Below are positions 60,676 through 64,000 of a stretch of 64,000 bases of DNA, piece after piece; positions within the stretch are counted from its first letter, which is position 1, and the number at the start of each line of letters is the position of its first letter. Under the pieces are notes generated by a model that saw nothing but the letters and a program-made list of their open reading frames with translations, searched no databases and had not been told where the DNA came from. The translations under genes were made by a program, and so were the position numbers. Origin of the DNA: Lama guanicoe (lineage: Eukaryota); NCBI GenBank assembly GCA_013239625.1, contig MU054220.1, positions 3,721,374-3,785,373 of the forward strand. Reading direction: 5' to 3'.

Positions 60676-61109
60676 ATACATTTGTGAATGAATAAATGGG
60701 TGAGTAAATGAGTGACCCAGACCCTCTGATGACCCCAACTTCTCCAACAGGACAGGGAGTGGTCAGTGTGCTGTGTGAATAAGCACAGTGATATTCAGGT
60801 CTGGATTTGTGGGCTTGCTTGTTCCAAAGCCAAGTTCTGGGGTCCCTAGGGCTGGAGCCTGGGTGAGGGACCCTGAAAGCAAGGAATGAAGAAATGGAAC
60901 ACCGCTCATCAGCTCCAGTGCACCAGGAAGTCCTAACATCTTTTCTCTGGGCCACATCTTCTGAATCCAGAGCTCCAAGCACACATTATCTTTTCATTGG
61001 TTCCTGAGGTAGGAGACAGTCTTTCAACAGGTCTGATAGGGCAGGACAGACTAGGATTTCCAGGGGAGCCTTCCTGCTTTTCTGCTTCCCATACTCTAAG
61101 CCAGAGTTG

Positions 61110-61497
61110 AAAACCAGTGTCTGGTGAAGCACAGCTCCACTGGCCCATCATAGCAATAGTACCGTGGCATTTTTTGAAATTATGAATGAGTTAGCAGTAT
61201 TTAACAACTGAAAAATTCTCTCTTGAAAAATCTGAGTTTCTGACTTCTTTTTTTTTTTTTAATTTCAGGAGATCTGAAAATACTGGAGCTGAAAAGTAGC
61301 TTCTCTCTTTAGATGGAGTGTGTGTTGAAGTTTACTGCACTCCCCACTGCTCCCTGGTGTCTCCCAGACAAGCCCATCATGGTTAAATGGCCACTATCAT
61401 TGAGCTTGGGCTCCTGTTTCTTTGTCTGTTTGCCACTCAACCTGCTCACTAACTTGTGTTAGCTGCCCCACCCCCTGTAGGAATTTGAGTGACTCCT
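61110..61497. mobile_element. MER102/Charlie8-like hAT DNA transposon fragment
   Basis: ctcttgaaaaatctg...ggagatctgaaaatactgg...ctttagatggagtg...ccccactgctccct...cccctgtaggaatttgagtgactcct. Confidence 0.7.
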
Positions 61498-61679
61498 CAT
61501 CTAGCCCCCCTTGCCTCAGTTTCCTCATCTGCAGAGTATAGGTGATCTTTCCTCCTAAAATCAAAGAAGATAATGAACATGAATGTGGCCAGACTACAGC
61601 TGGTACCTAACTGATGCTCCATAAATATTTCCCCTTCCCTTTCCTGTCAGGCTAAACCTATCAGCCAATAAATTCTGAT

Positions 61680-62210
61680 CAGCAAATACAGTTTCTAACT
61701 AGCAACTAAATACTGAGCAACACCTTTTTGCCAACTACCGGGCATGACCATGGGATGCAATGGTGAACGCTAAACAGACATGTCTCTGTCCCCATAGCAC
61801 TCGCACACTATTATTAAATAAATAATCCAGCAGATCAATCTGTAAATCCAGTTGGAAATATGCGCCACAAAAGCAATAAGTAGAGTGAATTGAGAGAGAA
61901 GAGGAAGAAGGGCTCCCCAGCGAGGTGTATCTGAGCTGAACACTGAAGACTGAGAGGAGCCTGCCGGGTGCAGCGGCTGGACAAGTGCTCTAAACAGAGG
62001 GAACAGCCTGTGTGGGGCCCATGAGGCAAGAAAGGGCTCATACTGTTCTAGGACCTGAAATGAGGCTGGTGGGAATGGCGTGGGGTGGGCGAGAGGAAGG
62101 GTGTGCGTGGTATGACCTGGGGAGAGGGGTAGGGGCCGACCATCACAGGAGTAGGGATTTTATTCTAAGTGCAGCAGGAGCACAGAACACAGGGAGATGC
62201 ATAGTTGATT
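61680..62210 (-). mobile_element. L2 LINE fragment
   Basis: aaatactgagcaacacc...atctgagctgaacactgaagactgagaggagcc...aaacagagggaacagcctgtgtggggccc...ggattttattctaagtgcag. Confidence 0.8.
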
Positions 62211-62389
62211 CAAACTGCCTTTTTCAAAAAGGCAGACAGGAGAAATGGCATGATGCAGAGGAAGGTCATGCCCTCCCCCTGAACTCCCAGAGCAACACCC
62301 CCCACCATGGCTGACTGATGCTCTGCACAAAACACAGGCACCTGTGTGTGTCCAGCCACAAGCCACACTGATTTTGAGAGGCAGACTCA

Positions 62390-62590
62390 TGGCATGAAGG
62401 GCTCTGGCTTTGGAGTCAGACATTTCTGGTTTCTGTCCTGGCTCTACCACCTGCTAGCTGTGTGACATTGGCAAGTTACTTAACCACTCTGTGCACCAGT
62501 TTCCTCATCTCTAAACCTAGTGAGAAGAGGTGAGGGAGGTCAAGCCCTGAGCACAGCGTCTGGCGCACAGAAACTCAGGTGCTAGCATTG
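62390..62590 (+). mobile_element. MIR SINE
   Basis: ggctttggagtcagac...ctagctgtgtgacattggcaagttacttaaccactctgtgcaccagtttcctcatct. Confidence 0.92.
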
Positions 62591-63374
62591 GTGCTACGTG
62601 CAGGCAGCAGACACAGTGACAGTCTGAAAATGCCTGTAGTTCATGTACTGGTGATGCAAACTTTTTTTTTTTTAGCTTTCCTTATTCCAGGAAAGCTCTT
62701 CTTTATCCTGTATCCCCCAGACTTAGGGATGTAAAGAGTGTTTACTATCCCCTGTCTCCCACTGTCTTTCCTCCAGGCTGTTAAGGGAGATTTTATCATT
62801 GTTCCCTTTTAATGATGGGAAATGGGAGGCGGGAAGAGCTGAAGCTCCCTGCCCGAGCCCCACAGCCAGGACAGGAGCAGAGCGAGGGCACACAGGCTGA
62901 TTCCAAGGCCACCTCCCCTGGGGGTGCTGTAGGACAGGCTGAGGGAGCACCCACCACTAAACACACTGATGGAGACACAAGCCCAGCAGGGCCTTGTGTA
63001 TAATGGGGGCGGGGGTGGGGAGCTGAGAATCCAGGAAATGGCCTTGTAAAAGAATACAGGCCCCAGGTGATAGGAAACCCGTAGAACTCTCACCCTGATG
63101 CGTTTCTATCAGGCTCAAGGGCTGAATCAGAGACCTCCTGGAAACCTTTAATGAGACAGCCAGACCCTGGTTCCTGTTTGCAGCTCTCATCTGTCAAGAG
63201 CCTCCCCCCGCCCCCCAACAAGGGGACGCCTCTTGGATGCATCAAGTCAGGCAAGACTATCCTTGTCCTAGGAGGGGCTCAGCCTCTGCTGATGCCTGAA
63301 AACCCTGCAATAGAGCACCCCGAGGGGAAGGTGTGGTTGACCAAAGGCAGCGGGACACAATGAGAACGCGAGGG

Positions 63375-63590
63375 CACCAGAGTCATGCAGACCTGGGCTC
63401 CCACCCAGCTGCCCACTTCTGCAGTGATGTGAACTGGGCCAGTGCCTGGGGCTCAGTCCCCTCATCTGTGAAATGGGGATAAAAGTCAGCCCTACCTCAT
63501 AGGGTGTCCTGAGGATTAAAGGATCGCTGGGGTAATAGTGTGTAAAAGCTCCCACGACAGTTTCTGCAAAGTCCTGGATAAATGTCAGCC
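63375..63590 (+). mobile_element. MIR SINE
   Basis: cctcatctgtgaaatggggataaaag...cctacctcatagggtgtcctgaggattaaa. Confidence 0.88.
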
Positions 63591-63899
63591 TCCTAATTGA
63601 CTGCCTTCTAAATGTCCTTCGGTTTGGAGTCAGACAGAGATTCAAAAAAGGGAACTCTTTGACCACCTTTGGTATTTGGGAGGCATCAAGGGCGCTCGAG
63701 TCATAACACCCTGGCCTCCCAGCCCAGTGCTGACCGGTGCCCATCCCTCAAAAGACAGTCTATTGCTTCACTCTCGGCCCCACTTCTGAACCTTGGGTGC
63801 GCTCCTATTGTTCGACTGGCCACACTGACGCGTGAGGATCTGTTTGGTGTCTGTCTGCAGGACCAGAGAAGGGTTTACTGAGGACAGGGGTAGATGGAT

Positions 63900-63988
63900 G
63901 TTGATTTTTATATTCCTAGCACCAAGCAAAGCCTTTGGCACCAGGTGGTGCTAATAAATGTTTGTGGCATGAATGAATGAATGAATGA
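63900..63988 (+). mobile_element. L2 3' end with (TGAA)n tail
   Basis: atattcctagcaccaagcaaagcctttggcacca...taataaatgtttgtggcatgaatgaatgaatgaatga. Confidence 0.8.
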
Positions 63989-64000
63989 TGGCAGCGTCCC

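Noticed and set aside
1..64000. A novel multi-gene or prokaryote-style system
   Set aside because: There is no operon-like ORF organisation, no intact transposase, RT or env ORF, and no processed pseudogene I could recognise; the sequence is explained by mammalian repeats plus non-coding unique DNA.

Overview
Mammalian, non-coding genomic DNA with no protein-coding exon, RNA gene or CRISPR array that I can support. A short tRNA-derived SINE at 35648-35770 resembles the camelid Vic-1 family, which suggests a camel, llama or alpaca genome. The window is GC-rich by eye and dense in ancient repeats: roughly one MIR fragment per kb, plus L2, L3/CR1, L1 3' ends, MaLR/ERVL LTRs and hAT DNA transposons, several of them nested with surviving target-site duplications (TSDs). 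The only ORF-track entries with recognisable protein similarity are broken L1 ORF2 C-terminal remnants at about 52.0-52.3 kb. Between the repeats are about a dozen repeat-free, AT-richer islands carrying homeodomain, POU, SOX, NFI, HOX/CDX, AP-1 or CArG motifs, and three plus-strand CTCF-type sites. This pattern fits an enhancer-rich gene desert or a large intron, possibly of a minus-strand gene. I found no convincing novel gene system. The best leads are the candidate enhancer islands, a decayed ~18-bp tandem array at 22.4-22.8 kb and a perfect CTCF core next to a G-quadruplex motif. Repeat subfamily names are from memory of consensus sequences, boundaries are approximate, and conservation could not be checked.
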